Below, one piece after another: positions 12,620-26,039 of a stretch of DNA of 64,000 nt. The DNA is from Rhynchobatus australiae (taxonomy: Eukaryota), in assembly GCA_034780895.1 (NCBI GenBank), contig JAUZTB010000002.1, positions 58,769,072 through 58,833,071 of the forward strand, given 5' to 3'. The notes under the pieces are model-generated. The model did no database searches. It had not been told where the DNA came from and saw nothing but the letters and a program-made list of their open reading frames with translations. The first letter of the stretch is position 1, and every line of letters starts with the position of its first letter. The position numbers and the translations under genes were made by a program.

Positions 12620-13335
12620 GAAGATGATGGACTAAATCATGCTTACCTTTTGCCAGCAATTCAGAAGAGAGCCACCAGTGAGAAGAGTTCTTTGCAGGTC
12701 AACTCTTTCATACCTTCTGTTCCTGTGTATTGTGACACAGAAGTACGGAAGGCACTGAACCCTTGCTGTACCCTGCCCAAAGGTGGTTCCTGTTTGATCT
12801 GGACTCAGGGGTTGGACACAGTTTGTATCCAGTCCCTCAGGTTTACACCTGCCATTGCTGACCCATCTAGGCAACCCCATTCATTGGGATAGAGGTCACT
12901 GACCTTCATTAGAAAGGTAAGTGAAATTTAAGGTTTTTACCTTTGTTATTTCATACTTATTTTAATACCTTAAAGCATTTTAACTACATTTTTATTTTCA
13001 ATTAGTTTTTTATATGTTTTCCCCACTATTAAATCAATTTTAACTGTTTCCAAATGTCCGTGATCATTAGTGGAGAAGGCCTTTGATTATGAAGAGCCAC
13101 TAGGGAGTCCATCAGTGGGGCCTCACGGTCACCTGGAATCCACACAGTCAGGAAGGATAAGTGAGGCCATGGAATAATGTGGAGGCTTACTTGAGGCACA
13201 GGTTGTCTTGAATGTGATTCAAGTCAATTGTTCCATGTACTCCTGCAGTAAAAAGCTAACGGTTTTCTTTTAGTTGTTCAGAATTTTTAGAGCAACAATT
13301 TGGAACCAAGTCTATTTAAATGCATCTGTACTCAC

Positions 13336-13478
13336 ACGTAATTCATCAATTTTCACTTTGTCCTTCTTTTCAACCACTTCCAGCTGCTTTTTCTTCTTCT
13401 CTTTCTCCTGTCCTTTGGCCTTTTCTTTACCCTTGGATGGTTTTGTGCCTTTCATGGGAGAGTCATCAATTTTGATCT
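13336..13478 (-). CDS. OTOF: Otoferlin exon 34 equivalent (143 nt, Lys-rich linker)
   Basis: EIKIDDSPMKGTKPSKGKEKAKGQEKEKKKKQLEVVEKKDKVKIDELR; phase 1 to 0; GTGAGT donor. Confidence 0.88.
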
Positions 13479-16202
13479 CTGAATGTGGAGGAGGGAGGAT
13501 GGGCACAAAACACTCAAACATGAATGGCATGAAAGTTGACACTTTGACTTCTGCTAGGCTAGGATGGAAACTACCCAAACAGGAGCTACGTTCTAATGTA
13601 AAGCACTAATGCTAGAAGGATAAACAGGTCACTATGAAAACTACTGAATTCGAAGACAATCGGTCTATTTTGAACATTAGGATCCAACAACAATTAGATG
13701 AACAATGAACCTCCAAACAAACTGAAAAATATATCACCAATCCAATGCAGGACAAGCAGATGGTAACAAATTACTAAGACTTATATGATTTATAGGCTGA
13801 AACACTGTTTTTACCTTAATTTATTTTAGTCAACTGACAATGGAATCTATTTTCTGTTAAATTGGTCATTTTGGGCAATTTGTTCAATGGAAAATTCTTC
13901 ATGAACGCCTGCTGTCTGTGCTGATCCTGTAGATGGTGCTGTTATAGGTGCGTTCAAGACTTTGCATGTTACTCTGAGTGACTTTTATTTCTTATAGGGT
14001 GCACTTCAGCCTGAAAGTGGACAATCTGGGCACTGACTCTCACTTAAAACTCAAAATGCTTTCTGGTCAATTTTTCATTCACTATCTCTGCCCTTGGGAC
14101 CTGAAATTTCAAACGTCTAAAATATGTTTCCATAGTTTGTTAAAGAAACACATATTTCTGAAAGCTATCGACATTCATTTATATTATAGATCAACTGATT
14201 CAGAATTGTAATGCAGCTATTGAACTTTCCATTTGAGGGCCTCAGTTCTTCTCATTTAATTTNNNNNNNNNNNNNNNNNNNNNNNNNNNNNNNNNNNNNN
14301 NNNNNNNNNNNNNNNNNNNNNNNNNNNNNNNNNNNNNNNNNNNNNNNNNNNNNNNNNNNNNNNNNNNNNNNNNNNNNNNNNNNNNNNNNNNNNNNNNNNN
14401 NNNNNNNNNNNNNNNNNNNNNNNNNNNNNNNNNNNNNNNNNNNNNNNNNNNNNNNNNNNNNNNNNNNNNNNNNNNNNNNNNNNNNNNNNNNNNNNNNNNN
14501 NNNNNNNNNNNNNNNNNNNNNNNNNNNNNNNNNNNNNNNNNNNNNNNNNNNNNNNNNNNNNNNNNNNNNNNNNNNNNNNNNNNNNNNNNNNNNNNNNNNN
14601 NNNNNNNNNNNNNNNNNNNNNNNNNNNNNNNNNNNNNNNNNNNNNNNNNNNNNNNNNNNNNNNNNNNNNNNNNNNNNNNNNNNNNNNNNNNNNNNNNNNN
14701 NNNNNNNNNNCCATCACACACAAAACACCACTGCAGGTTAATCCCGCTGTAGAAAGCCTAAACACAAATCGTGCTAAGGCCGTATTATTACACAAGTTAC
14801 TCAACTTTCAACAAGTTCTCTTACAAAAACTTTGTGAACAAGGGCTCTGAAGAGAAGCTGTGTTGGTGGCATTAATTGTCTGGAACTGTGAATCACTCCT
14901 CCCATTCCCGGTCACTTCTCCTGCAGTAAGCAGCTGCAGCTATCTCTGCCTGGCCTTTCAGCTGGGGGTTCTGTTCTCAGTGATAACACTTTGTCTACTT
15001 CGTGCCAACTTTCATGATGGCTTTAGTAATGTGGATGAGTGACAGATTCTGTCGTGATAAAAATGGAAGGTGACCAGGCAAAGCAAAACACGCACAGTAA
15101 GCAGAAGCACACAATTTTCATTAACAGATGAGACTGACACATGACCAGTCCAAATCTCTGCAGATCATCCTTACAAAATATCCTATAGCTTCTTCCATTA
15201 AAAATCCTACATCATCCAAAGAGGATTCTTATGGATGATAGCACAAATCACACAGGAAGGTCATGCATTCAGTAGGATTTGCATGTCTTAATGTATAGGA
15301 TATTGTAATAAGATNNNNNNNNNNNNNNNNNNNNNNNNNNNNCATCCAGCCACATCCATAAACACATGGACGTAAATTAAAATACAAGATATCAGGCTAC
15401 TCTCATTTCCGTAATATCAGCTGTCTCTGCCTGTTCCAGCTCAGCTGCTGCGGACAGCCTCACTTAGTTACCTCTCACCCACCTATCCTATTGTCCTCCT
15501 TGTGGGCCTCCCATTCTTTGCCCTGTGTAAACCTCACGCTCTCACCACAACTCACGCTGTCCATTTCAGCTGTTGCCCCTTGCTTTTTGACCAAAATTAA
15601 CAGTTCCTGGCCCAATGCTGTCATGTAAACCAGTTGATTGTGTTTTAAACCCTCCTGGTCCTTATCCATCCCAATCTCGTGATGTCCTCCCCACCCATAA
15701 CTTTCGGAGATGTCTACATTCCTCCATTTCCTCCATGAGCTTCCCTGATTTTTGTCACTTCAACATTGCTATCCATTACTTTCAGTTGACATGGCCCTCA
15801 GCTTTTGAATTCCCTTCTCTTTTAGAACATATAATCTACTCAACTAAATGAACTGTTTGTTTCTGCCCTGCCATCTTCTACTGTGACTCTGTGTCAATTT
15901 CGGTTGGATAACACTGAGGCAAAGTATCTTTGCTGCAGTAATGGTACCATATACAGAAAAATTGCTGTTGTTGTTAACATATTCCCAGCTATCTATGCAA
16001 TTCAGTCGTTAGCACGCAGCCAGCTATTAGCATCAATTCATTAAGACACTCCCAGTCATTAATATGCTCACAGATAGCTGAGTTTTCCCTACAAAGCAAT
16101 AACCCATGCCCACCTGACAACATGCACATGCACGGGATAGCAGTTAATTTCCTTGTGCCCTTTCCATGAGATAGAAATAAGTTTTTGTCCCCCACTATTT
16201 AC

Positions 16203-16272
16203 CCTCTGTTGCGATCTCCATATCCTCCTTCTCCTCTGCCTCAGCTGCAGCTGCTTCCTGCTGTCGGAGTTG
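16203..16272 (-). CDS. OTOF: Otoferlin exon 33 equivalent (70 nt)
   Basis: QLRQQEAAAAEAEEKEDMEIATE; CAG/GTAAA flanks; phase 0 to 1. Confidence 0.9.
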
Positions 16273-17243
16273 CTGGAAAGAAATTCACAAGATCACCCTT
16301 CTGAATTTCAAAAGCCACATAACAAATGAAAGGATAACACGACTTCTCATTTTTCTTGTGGGTTTCCTATTCAAAGGGACCTTTTCAACTTGTCCTGAAC
16401 TGAGGCCATCAGTGTTGCTGTGCAGCAAGAAGAGATGGAGTGTGAGAACAGATTGACTCCCACCTGCTGGGAATTCCCACTCAACATTGTAACTTGGTCA
16501 AAAATTCCTCCAGATGGCTGCCACTAAATAACAAAGAGTGTCTCTAAATAGGCCCTGCATTCTAGATGATCCATAATAAGAAGTTGTCTAGATGTTGGGT
16601 TTCAGTCTGATCTGGTGTGCCAAACAGTTGATGCTTATGTCCCTCATCAACAAAAATCTCAAAATTGAGAAAACTTGTCTTTAATGCATCATTAGGGCTG
16701 TATACACTCTGATTGCTATATTAAAATGTGACCTCTGAACATTGCTACGGGAATCCCGTAAAGTTGAGCCAAAGCCTGAATGAAGTAGACTCCATGGCAG
16801 CTCTGGGAATATCTGAGGGTTTTGGCACTGCCATATCAGATGCCAGCAACTAGCAAATGAAAATGCAGTGCTTTTCAAAAGAATGATATTGGGAACCACT
16901 TCAAGGACCATTTTGTAGGAGTCCAGNNNNNNNNNNNNNNNNNNNNNNNNNNNNNNNNNNNNNNNNNNNNNNNNNNNNNNNNNNNNNNNNNNNNNNNNNN
17001 NNNNNNNNNNNNNNNNNNNNNNNNNNNNNNNNNNNNNNNTGTCCTATTAATCCTTCTGCTAATGTTGTGGCATCTATTTCAAGAAAACTAGATGTTTCAT
17101 ATTCATATGCAATACATTTATGGTGAAAGGCTGCCTCGGGATGTTTTTCCTTGCATTACTTGCTGGTAAATATATTCTATGATTCAGTCTTGAGATCACA
17201 TTTCACAATAGATGTCAAAGCACACTTTTAAATCAGGGCATAC

Positions 17244-17369
17244 CTCCATGAGAGTTTCAATGGAGGCAAAATATTTTGACCACCAGTCCAACATGCTTTC
17301 ATCTGGCTCCTCCTCTTCTATTTCCTCTCCTTTCTTTTTCTTCTTCTTTTTAGATTTCTCATCTTCATT
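17244..17369 (-). CDS. OTOF: Otoferlin exon 32 equivalent (126 nt)
   Basis: [42 protein letters not shown]; ferlin DWWSKYFAS motif. Confidence 0.95.
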
Positions 17370-18450
17370 CTATAGATATGAAAACACACAAATTGAGGAA
17401 GGTAACAATCATGTGGAATAAATGAAGGCTTCCCTTGTGTCTGTACTCCAGTTTTCAATGTCCATATTGAGTTGGTGGTAGAGACAGCAATTTTTAAAAA
17501 ATGTATTTGGATGCTATTTTTGTTTTCACCAATGCTATTCTGTTTCTGAAATATTTTGTTGCAAGTAAAACCAGGCATTGAAAATGTTTGCAAAGTTAGT
17601 TGGTTTCTGGTCTCATTGGTGAATTTGGTGTTGCCCATTTCTAAATCTGAAATATACTTTCTAGTCTGATTGTTTGGTAAATTAGTTGCATGTTAAAAAC
17701 ATGTCTTAGTATCTTTCTACCAATCTCCTATTGGGTATTTTTTTAAACTTCTTCTTCAGGTGGGGCAAAGAGGAAAGGTTTTGTTATCCTCTGCTCAATC
17801 ATTGTATACTGCAGTCCAAGTAACCCTTTGGAAGGAAGTCTAATTTACAAGTCTAACAAATATGATGACTTTTATGTCTTATTATCATAATGGCTTCATT
17901 AGCTGGGTATGATAAATCCTACCCTGACTGCAAGAGGTAGTTTCTCTTTTGGTGGGATCCTGGATAAAGCCCAAACTCATGTGGAGTCCATACACATTAG
18001 TATATCTTTTCTGTTCTGATTACCTTCAATTAAATCAATGACTCTGGCACTTTGTGGATACATCTTTGAGAGGTGTTTTTTTTTTCTGAAGACTTTTACA
18101 ACTTGATATAATTGTTCAGATCAAGCCCTAGTTACTATGTCATCTGAGAAACTGTATTCTTAAAGATTTGAGACTAGAACAGCAGCAGCAACTAACGTCA
18201 CCTTGATCCCATGTGTCACAGGAACTGAAATACTGAATCTCTAGTACATTGAGTTGGACTTATCATCATCTAACTTATTTGTAAGTGCTAATGGGAAACT
18301 GCCGAAGAATAACCAATACCATGATTCATCTGTTTAATAGCAACCATGACATTGCACTCAACCTATCGACAGAAACTTTAACTCATGTGACAGGAGTGAG
18401 GTGGATGAGATCCGCATCCGCAGATGCATGTATGATTATTGACAGTTGGA

Positions 18451-18560
18451 TGTATTCTATAGTTTAATCTTAACTTCACATTTTACAATAAACACAGAAA
18501 CACATTTAAATCATAGCAAGGCTCCATGAGAGTTTCAGTGGAGGTAAAATATTTTGACCA
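18451..18560 (-). pseudogene. Degenerate direct duplicate of the 3' end of exon 32 plus adjacent intron
   Basis: 18522-18560 matches 17244-17282 at 37/39 nt; 18451-18521 aligns more loosely to 17171-17243; donor GT lost. Confidence 0.85.
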
Positions 18561-19244
18561 ACAGACACCTGCATTTATTCAGGGGAGGGCCTGACACTGT
18601 CAAGACATTCAAATCTCATGTAGCATTGTTTCATTGGAACTGTTAGAACTTCAGCTATTAGAGTCCTGAAAGTCGGTCACTTAGCTCCAATATATCACAC
18701 AACTTGATTCGCTGAAGCTTTGAGATTTATTCATAACTGCGCCCAAATTTGCACAAAGCATCAGAGTTCATTCTTAGTCTGGTATTCTAATGGAGAAACT
18801 AATATCAATGCTGCAGCAGGACACCACTATGGGTGGAAGCAATTAATTAATTAAAAAAAGAAATGAAGAAGAATATGTCGGTGATGGTCTTGCTTGGTCT
18901 TTGGCAGCTTGAAGGTTGGAATGCAAGGTCCTGGAGTAGGAGACCTGAAATGATTCTTGCCTTCATTATGCTGAGGTGGTAAAGATGGTGGCATATATGT
19001 TAGCGTGTGGAGATGATAAAGCACAAAGGAGGAAAGCTTAGAACAGGATAGTAGTGTATATAAGATGGTACGAAATGCAAAGCACAAAATAAGGTTGTTA
19101 TTTATCAAATGAACATTTGTTGAGACGCACTCCTCAGATAATGGACTACTGTTTGTGTACGAGGGGACTACAAGGAATTAAGAGTTAATGAAGTTGTGAA
19201 GAGTGCTTTGACACGAGAATTTATCAGTGCTATTTTAAACTTAC

Positions 19245-19274
19245 CGCATCAAGTTTGACAACAGCATCAGAATT
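19245..19274 (-). CDS. OTOF: Otoferlin exon 31 equivalent (30-nt microexon)
   Basis: NSDAVVKLDA (human TSEAVVKVDV); CAG/GTAAGT flanks; phase 0-0. Confidence 0.9.
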
Positions 19275-20039
19275 CTGTCATCAAATGGAAACAGACAAAA
19301 TGAGATGATGTCAACAACACAAAATTGGTAGCACATTTATCAAATTAATTTTCCCTCAATCTTAATTATAAATAGACAAAGACAACATAAATGGAACACA
19401 GATTCACATGGATAATATAAATATTTGTATATGTTTGGATAGTATGAACACTCAAAAAATTGTTACAAAATAATTANNNNNNNNNNNNNNNNNNNNNNNN
19501 NNNNNNNNNNNNNNACTGGCATCTTGAAACCTTACAGCTCCACCTGAACAGTCAGTTAGAAAGTTTCCTGTATGTATCCATGGACTCAATAGAATTAAAG
19601 CTCATAGATCAAAACAGCAGCTTCACCTGAAGAGTTTTGTCAAGCTGGAGATGGACCAAACACATCTCATATCACCTCACTGCTGTTGATCAACATTGTC
19701 ACTTCTATTCTTCCAATCCCTTCATGAAGGTCCACTTCCCTAACTGCTGTCAGGGAAATACCATTCATTACAGAAACAAACTTGCAATGCAGTGGATAAC
19801 GGAAGGAGAAGGTGCTCGAGATTATCTGTCTAATTCACACGCGACCCTGATATCTTTGCCAGTACTAGAACAACAGCATTCAGGATTGCAAGAACTGACC
19901 CTTCCTGCCCCAGTTACACAAGTACCTGCTAATTCCTTTCTTTACTAATGCCAGCACTCTCTTGTTCTATCGAGTTTCCTGCCCCATCCTTTTTGACATG
20001 TCTGGCTGGGATCAGCCACTGCAACTTATCTTATTGATT

Positions 20040-20226
20040 GGAGACACAAGAGACTGCAGATGCTGGAATCTGCAGATAAGATGCTGGACGAACTCAGCGG
20101 GTCAGGCAGCACCTATGGAGGGAAATAGATGATGTTTTGGGTCGAGACCCTTCCTCTGTTGAAACGTCGACTGCCCATTTCCCTCCACAGATGCTGCCTG
20201 ACTGCTGAGTTCCTCCAGAATCTTGT
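20040..20226. repeat. Penelope-derived palindromic element
   Basis: GGACGAACTCAGCGGGTCAGGCAGCA...GAAACGTCGACTG...TGCTGCCTGACTGCTGAGTTCCTCC. Confidence 0.75.
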
Positions 20227-20789
20227 TTGTTATCTGTTTATCTTCTTCACACAGGGAAGTTGCTTGCCATGACCTCACTACTGACCCAACTGAAGGGAAG
20301 TAGCTTAGCAGAGATCAAACAAGAGGTCTACAAGTTTCCTGGTCTAAAGGGGTCAACACAAGAGCTCAATCTACTGGATGGTGGGAGCAGTCCACTTGCC
20401 AAATTTGCTAACCTCACCAGCACATCCTATGTAATTGCAAGAGCCTCAGTCCAGAGAGGCAGTGACTAATGAAGGGGCCTGGAGAGACTCCTCTGTCTGA
20501 GGTGTAGTGCCGCAACAGTCAATATCTTGTAGAACCTACAGTTTCAGCGTCCATTTTATCGTTGAATTTTCTGCTCCTTGGGAGACCCATGCAACACAGG
20601 TTAACTTCAAATTGGACTCTCAGTTACATAGCAGGAGCTTTACTTAATGAAGTTAATAACTATTCTGTTGGGACACCCATAGAACCTTGAGATCCACTGT
20701 CATTTGGTCCAATGAAATTGTGATCTCTGCATTTCAATTTTACTTTGCCACAGCAAATTAAAATTTAAAGTTTTTTAAAAAAGTTTTAT

Positions 20790-20936
20790 TTACAGCATGG
20801 TAACAGGCCCTTCCAGCCCAACGAGCCCACACCGCCCATTTTAAACCCCAAGTTAACCTGCCCGTACGTCTTTGGAATGTGGGAGGAAACCGGAGCACCC
20901 GGAGGAAACCCACGCAGACACGGGGAGAACGTACAA
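20790..20936 (-). mobile_element. HE1/V-SINE-like SINE
   Basis: Reverse complement of the core seen at 10400-10480. Confidence 0.8.
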
Positions 20937-21066
20937 NNNNNNNNNNNNNNNNNNNNNNNNNNNNNNNNNNNNNNNNNNNNNNNNNNNNNNNNNNNNNNNN
21001 NNNNNNNNNNNNNNNNNNNNNNNNNNNNNNNNNNNNTGAAAGGGTTAAAATAAAGGCCATACTTAC

Positions 21067-21197
21067 AGCATCCAGCTTGACAACAGTCTCTATTTTCTTC
21101 ACTGGAATTTCTGTTTCCATGTTAATATTGATATCGCCTGCAGGATGAGAGATTGGGGCCCCATTTGCTAATGCCAAGTATCCATTCATCAATGTAG
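21067..21197 (-). CDS. OTOF: Otoferlin exon 30 equivalent (131 nt long form; 71 nt short form starting at 21137)
   Basis: ATLMNGYLALANGAPISHPA|GDININMETEIPVKKIETVVKLDA; two in-phase CAG acceptors 60 nt apart; GTAAGT donor. Confidence 0.9.
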
Positions 21198-23554
21198 CTG
21201 AACAGAAACCCAGTGGAATCCAGGACAGAGATACACACAGGAAAAGACAAGGATAGAACAAGGAGTAAAAAGTATGAGAATATGGACAGGAAAAACTTTA
21301 GAGATGAAAGGGAAGGAAAAAAAAGAAAGACCTTATTGACATGTGACCAAACATATACTGACTAGGAAGGAAGCAGTTTTATTGATAAGAGTAGAATAGT
21401 CATGTAAATCATATAGAACTTCATATTCCTATAATGTAAAATACTGAAAGATAAAATCTGAACTTGTCCAAAGCTATGCTTAAATTGCTGTATTGCATTA
21501 TAGTGTTCTCTCCAAGCCTACCATGACACCCATCCACGTTGACTAAGTACCCAAGTTTCTTGCACTCATTCAATTGTCTGAGATGTTTGTGGACTGCTCC
21601 TTTGAGGAGTTGTGCTTCTGAATGGGATTGGGGAGAATGAAATACAATCCTACCCTCACAGAGCACACTTTCTTCAATGGAATAAATGGAAAAACTGCAA
21701 ACGTTGGAGACCAGAAATAAAACTTAAAAAGCTGGAATCACATGGGAATCCTGCCAGCATTTGCGGGGAGCAATAACAATATATTTATTGCATGATATTC
21801 AGCATTTTTTTTATTGACCTAAGTGCCACATTGGATCTATTCTTATCATCCATTGAACACAACTTATAACCACTTACACAAGAATTTAGCACATCTTCAC
21901 AACATTATCTAAGAACAACGTTTTATGGAAACAATTATTTCTCAATCATTATCTTTATGTCACAGCAGCATAGTGACACCAACTATTTTTTTTTGCGAAA
22001 TCAAATTTATCATTCCACCAAGCTTTCCTTCAAAGGCAAGGTCACCATGAAATATTCTCATGTAGCTCAAGGTGGTCAAGAACATGACTGTTTCCCTGGG
22101 TGCTGACTGCTCCCACTTCAGCACCTTGCTCCCAATCCACCAGTTTTCCCAAGCTTATCCACTGTTTTAGACATCTCTGACCAGGTTTATAATAAATAAT
22201 ATCATATATTCTGGGGTTTCCTGCCTATCTTCCTACAACTTCTTACAAGTTCTAGAGGTTTTGGAAATCCCTGAGGACTGCTAAATTTGGGAAACAGGTC
22301 TCAGTGCATTAAATTCAGAACAATACTTACATCTTAAGTTAGTGATCTCTGGCATAAATGTGAAAAAAATCTCAGGGTTAGAACCATCTCAAACTTCTGA
22401 NNNNNNNNNNNNNNNNAACAGAAAAAATCCACTGGCAGTCTATTAATATGCAGGGCTTGGTTTTGTTATTTCTGACAGCTTCTGCTTTGACAAAATTGGA
22501 ATGGATATACTAATTCCCCTCTCTCTTCAATTGCCACAAAATGAGCTTGCACAGTCTATGCATTCAAAATTTAATTTACAATTGGCTAGAGCATAATTAT
22601 ACTTTTTTCCCCCTCAGAGAGGTGTTGAATTCAAGTTATGTGAAGTGCCCTTCGTTTGGCTTGAAATAGTCACCAATCCTCTACTTCCAGCATAGAGATA
22701 TTCTCTAGAAGAGTAATGACTTGAACAATCATTGCTATAATATTTTCTGTTTCTCTGATCCCTTCAGTGTGATTTCCTGCTTGGTGTATGAGATTGATTA
22801 AGTTGCCCCTTGATTCTGGTGCTCGTGTATAATCTCATTTACAGTATGTTTAAAACAGTGCCAAAAGTACAAAATCAAATCCTTTCCTTTTTTATAACAA
22901 AAACCATTAAATTTCCCACAGGTCAATTTCTGTGCATTAAATTTTGGTTGTTAACAGGTGGCTTTATAGATAAAGAAATATGGTACATTCCTCTATGTTG
23001 AGAAAATGCAGTAGATTGGTCAGATGAACTCAGTTGTCAAGACTGAGAGGAAATCCTGGTTACAGCTACAGCAAGAAGAGATTTTTTTAAATTCAGACAT
23101 AAATCAATACCATAAAGATATGAATCATTCTTCGATATTATTGTTCTCAAAATCTATATTTCTTATTTGAAATTATAAATCTAATTACAGATTGATGGAA
23201 AGCTAATTGAAGACAAAATATATAATAATTAATAACATCAAACAGATTGTCAAATTCGCCAGTATATTTACTTTGTTATTGAAATGGAAAGAAATAAATT
23301 TATAGAAGTCCTTATAAATCAATTAAAATGGAGTACAATTGAAACATTTCCTACTGAACTCTACTGAAGAAGAAAAGTCTAGAGGTGGCTTTTGTGGTGC
23401 TTCTAAAGAATAACTGGAAAATGTTATAACATTAGATAAAAGTGCAAGTCAGAGGTTTCCTGAAGCCTCTCAGTCTAGTTTATCTGGGTCAGAGAGTGAT
23501 GTGATCTACACATAAGGGATGCGTTTCCAATGAGCAGGCGGAGATCATCTATTA

Positions 23555-23785
<231 letters not shown>

Positions 23786-25877
23786 CTATAAGCAACGGAA
23801 CAGATTATTAAGAACAACAGTGCAGCTGCCATACCAGGGAATAAAATGCAGGTGTCATATGGTTACATTAATGCAGACATCACAGTTCTCACTGAAAATC
23901 CTGCTGTAGTTAGTTTAAACTGCAGTTCTCTTTGAGACCGAGGTGGGCCAGGGGCATCTGTGCTGGTCTTCTCAAGGATGATGAGACAATTCAGAAGCAC
24001 TCAATGGATCAAACACCATCAATGCACAGTATGTTCCCAATAGTACCCCAAAGTCAAGCAGGTCGACAGGTTGATTGGCCATGGTAAATTGCTCCTACTA
24101 TATAGCTGATGGTGGAATCTGGAGATGAGTTCATGGGAATGTGGGGAGAATAAAATGGGAGTAGTGTAGAATTAGTGTAACTTTGTGCTTGATGGTCGGC
24201 AAAGACTCAAACCAACGTGGGGCCTGCTTCGGTGATACTTAATGGCAACCTGCCTAAGCAGGTCCCAAACTGTAGAGCTACGTTCTGGGAAATGGATGCA
24301 GGTGGACGCCCCTTGTAATGAATCACTCTGTCTCAAGCCCCAAATTTCCCCCTCTAAAAAATGCAACCTTGTTCAAGCCCCCTCAGTCTGCAGATCTCAA
24401 ACTGAACATTCTAACCTGATTACTTAGCTGACTACCCTGCTGAAGCTGATCATGATTTCTCTCACTGACAGTGCTCTGTCTTAACCCCCAAGACCCAATA
24501 CCACCATCCCCCAACTGATTCCATCTAAATCTGACACCTAATGCCAGGTCACACTCACTGCTTTCCCAGCTTTCTTGCCCATCTCATGACCGACTCTCCC
24601 CCCTCCCCCACCCCCTTCTCCTCATGGACCTCAACCCGCAGCCATCAACCTAGAACTCGTGACCTCCCTGGTTTTCTCTGCTCATTCCACTTATGGAAGA
24701 GTAAATGAAAGACCATTAAGCACCAAGTCCGTCCTAATGCACCTGAGGCTTTGGGCCTTGTGTGCAGTAGAGTGTTGCAGTGGCAGATCTTCGTCAGAAA
24801 ACCTGATTCAGCCTGCATTGCAACAAATGTTCAACCCATGTTTGCAGATGCTGATGATTTTTCAGGCCACTAACTTTTTCCAATTACAATGAAAGATTTA
24901 ACATTCTGCTGAAATGAAGATTCTTGAATCAATATCTTGTAACTCAAAGGTTCAAGGAAGATTGGTCTCAAAAGCAATTGACAAAACAATATTCATTCTG
25001 ACTGCGCACTTGATGAGTTTGGTGGATTTCAATTATGGATCTCTGCTGGATTTTGTAGCTTGCTCTGCCGACATACTTATTTGCAGTTTGACATTCCTTT
25101 ACTTTTTTTGAGTTGGCACATTTTCTGTCAATGAAATTTAGTGAATTTCTGCTGCAACTATGAACTCAAGAGTGAGTTTTGTGTTACCCTGTGTCATCAC
25201 CAGAATGCATGAAAAACCGCAAGCAATACACCAGTGATTTTCTGATAGATTGCGAGCCCTGGTGATACATTAGGGTAACCACGGCACCTTTCAGTTTGCT
25301 TTAGTACATTGGTTAGAAAATTCCAAGAGTTTCTCTTTAAATTGCCCTTAGTTTTGCTGCAATTTTGTCTTCCCTGTAAATTAGCTCCACTGACTGATAC
25401 AGAGGAAGTACAGGTGCACCATCTACATGGCAAAGGNNNNNNNNNNNNNNNNNNNNNNNNNNNNNNNNNNNNNNNNNNNNNNNNNNNNNNNNNNNNNNNN
25501 NNNNNNNNNNNNNNNNNNNNNNNNNNNNNNNNNNNNAGGCAGATCTTAAAGACTTATTTATCCATCATTTCAAATTTCTACAGGTAAGTGCAAAATCATG
25601 GGAAAAATGAACTTTCATGGCTTATATTCCTGCTTCATTTTAAACCCTTAAATGACCATTGTCTGCAATCAATCTGTATAAATAAAATAATTTGAGGATG
25701 AAACAGCTCCTTGTTCAATTGCACTAAACCCACATGTTATAGTCTGTTTCCAAAATTCAGCTCCAATAAAGTGGAGGGAACTAAATTTGGAAGATGGTAC
25801 ATGGCGTGCAGCTGCCATTACAGCTGATGATGCTACACATACTTAAAGTGTGCACAACTACAATAGTCAGTCCTCAC

Positions 25878-26039
25878 CACTTCAAAATACTTGACTAATG
25901 TGCTGAAATTTGGATTTTTCTTGTAGTTTTGAATGAGTGCAGACTGCACACCCTTTCCAGCACATTCAATGTCAACTCGTGGTCTATCAACTTGTGCCAG
26001 GTTCACACGCTTGAGATCTCTCAGACCCCAGAAGAGAAT
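25878..26039 (-). CDS. OTOF: Otoferlin exon 28 equivalent (162 nt)
   Basis: [54 protein letters not shown]. Confidence 0.97.
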
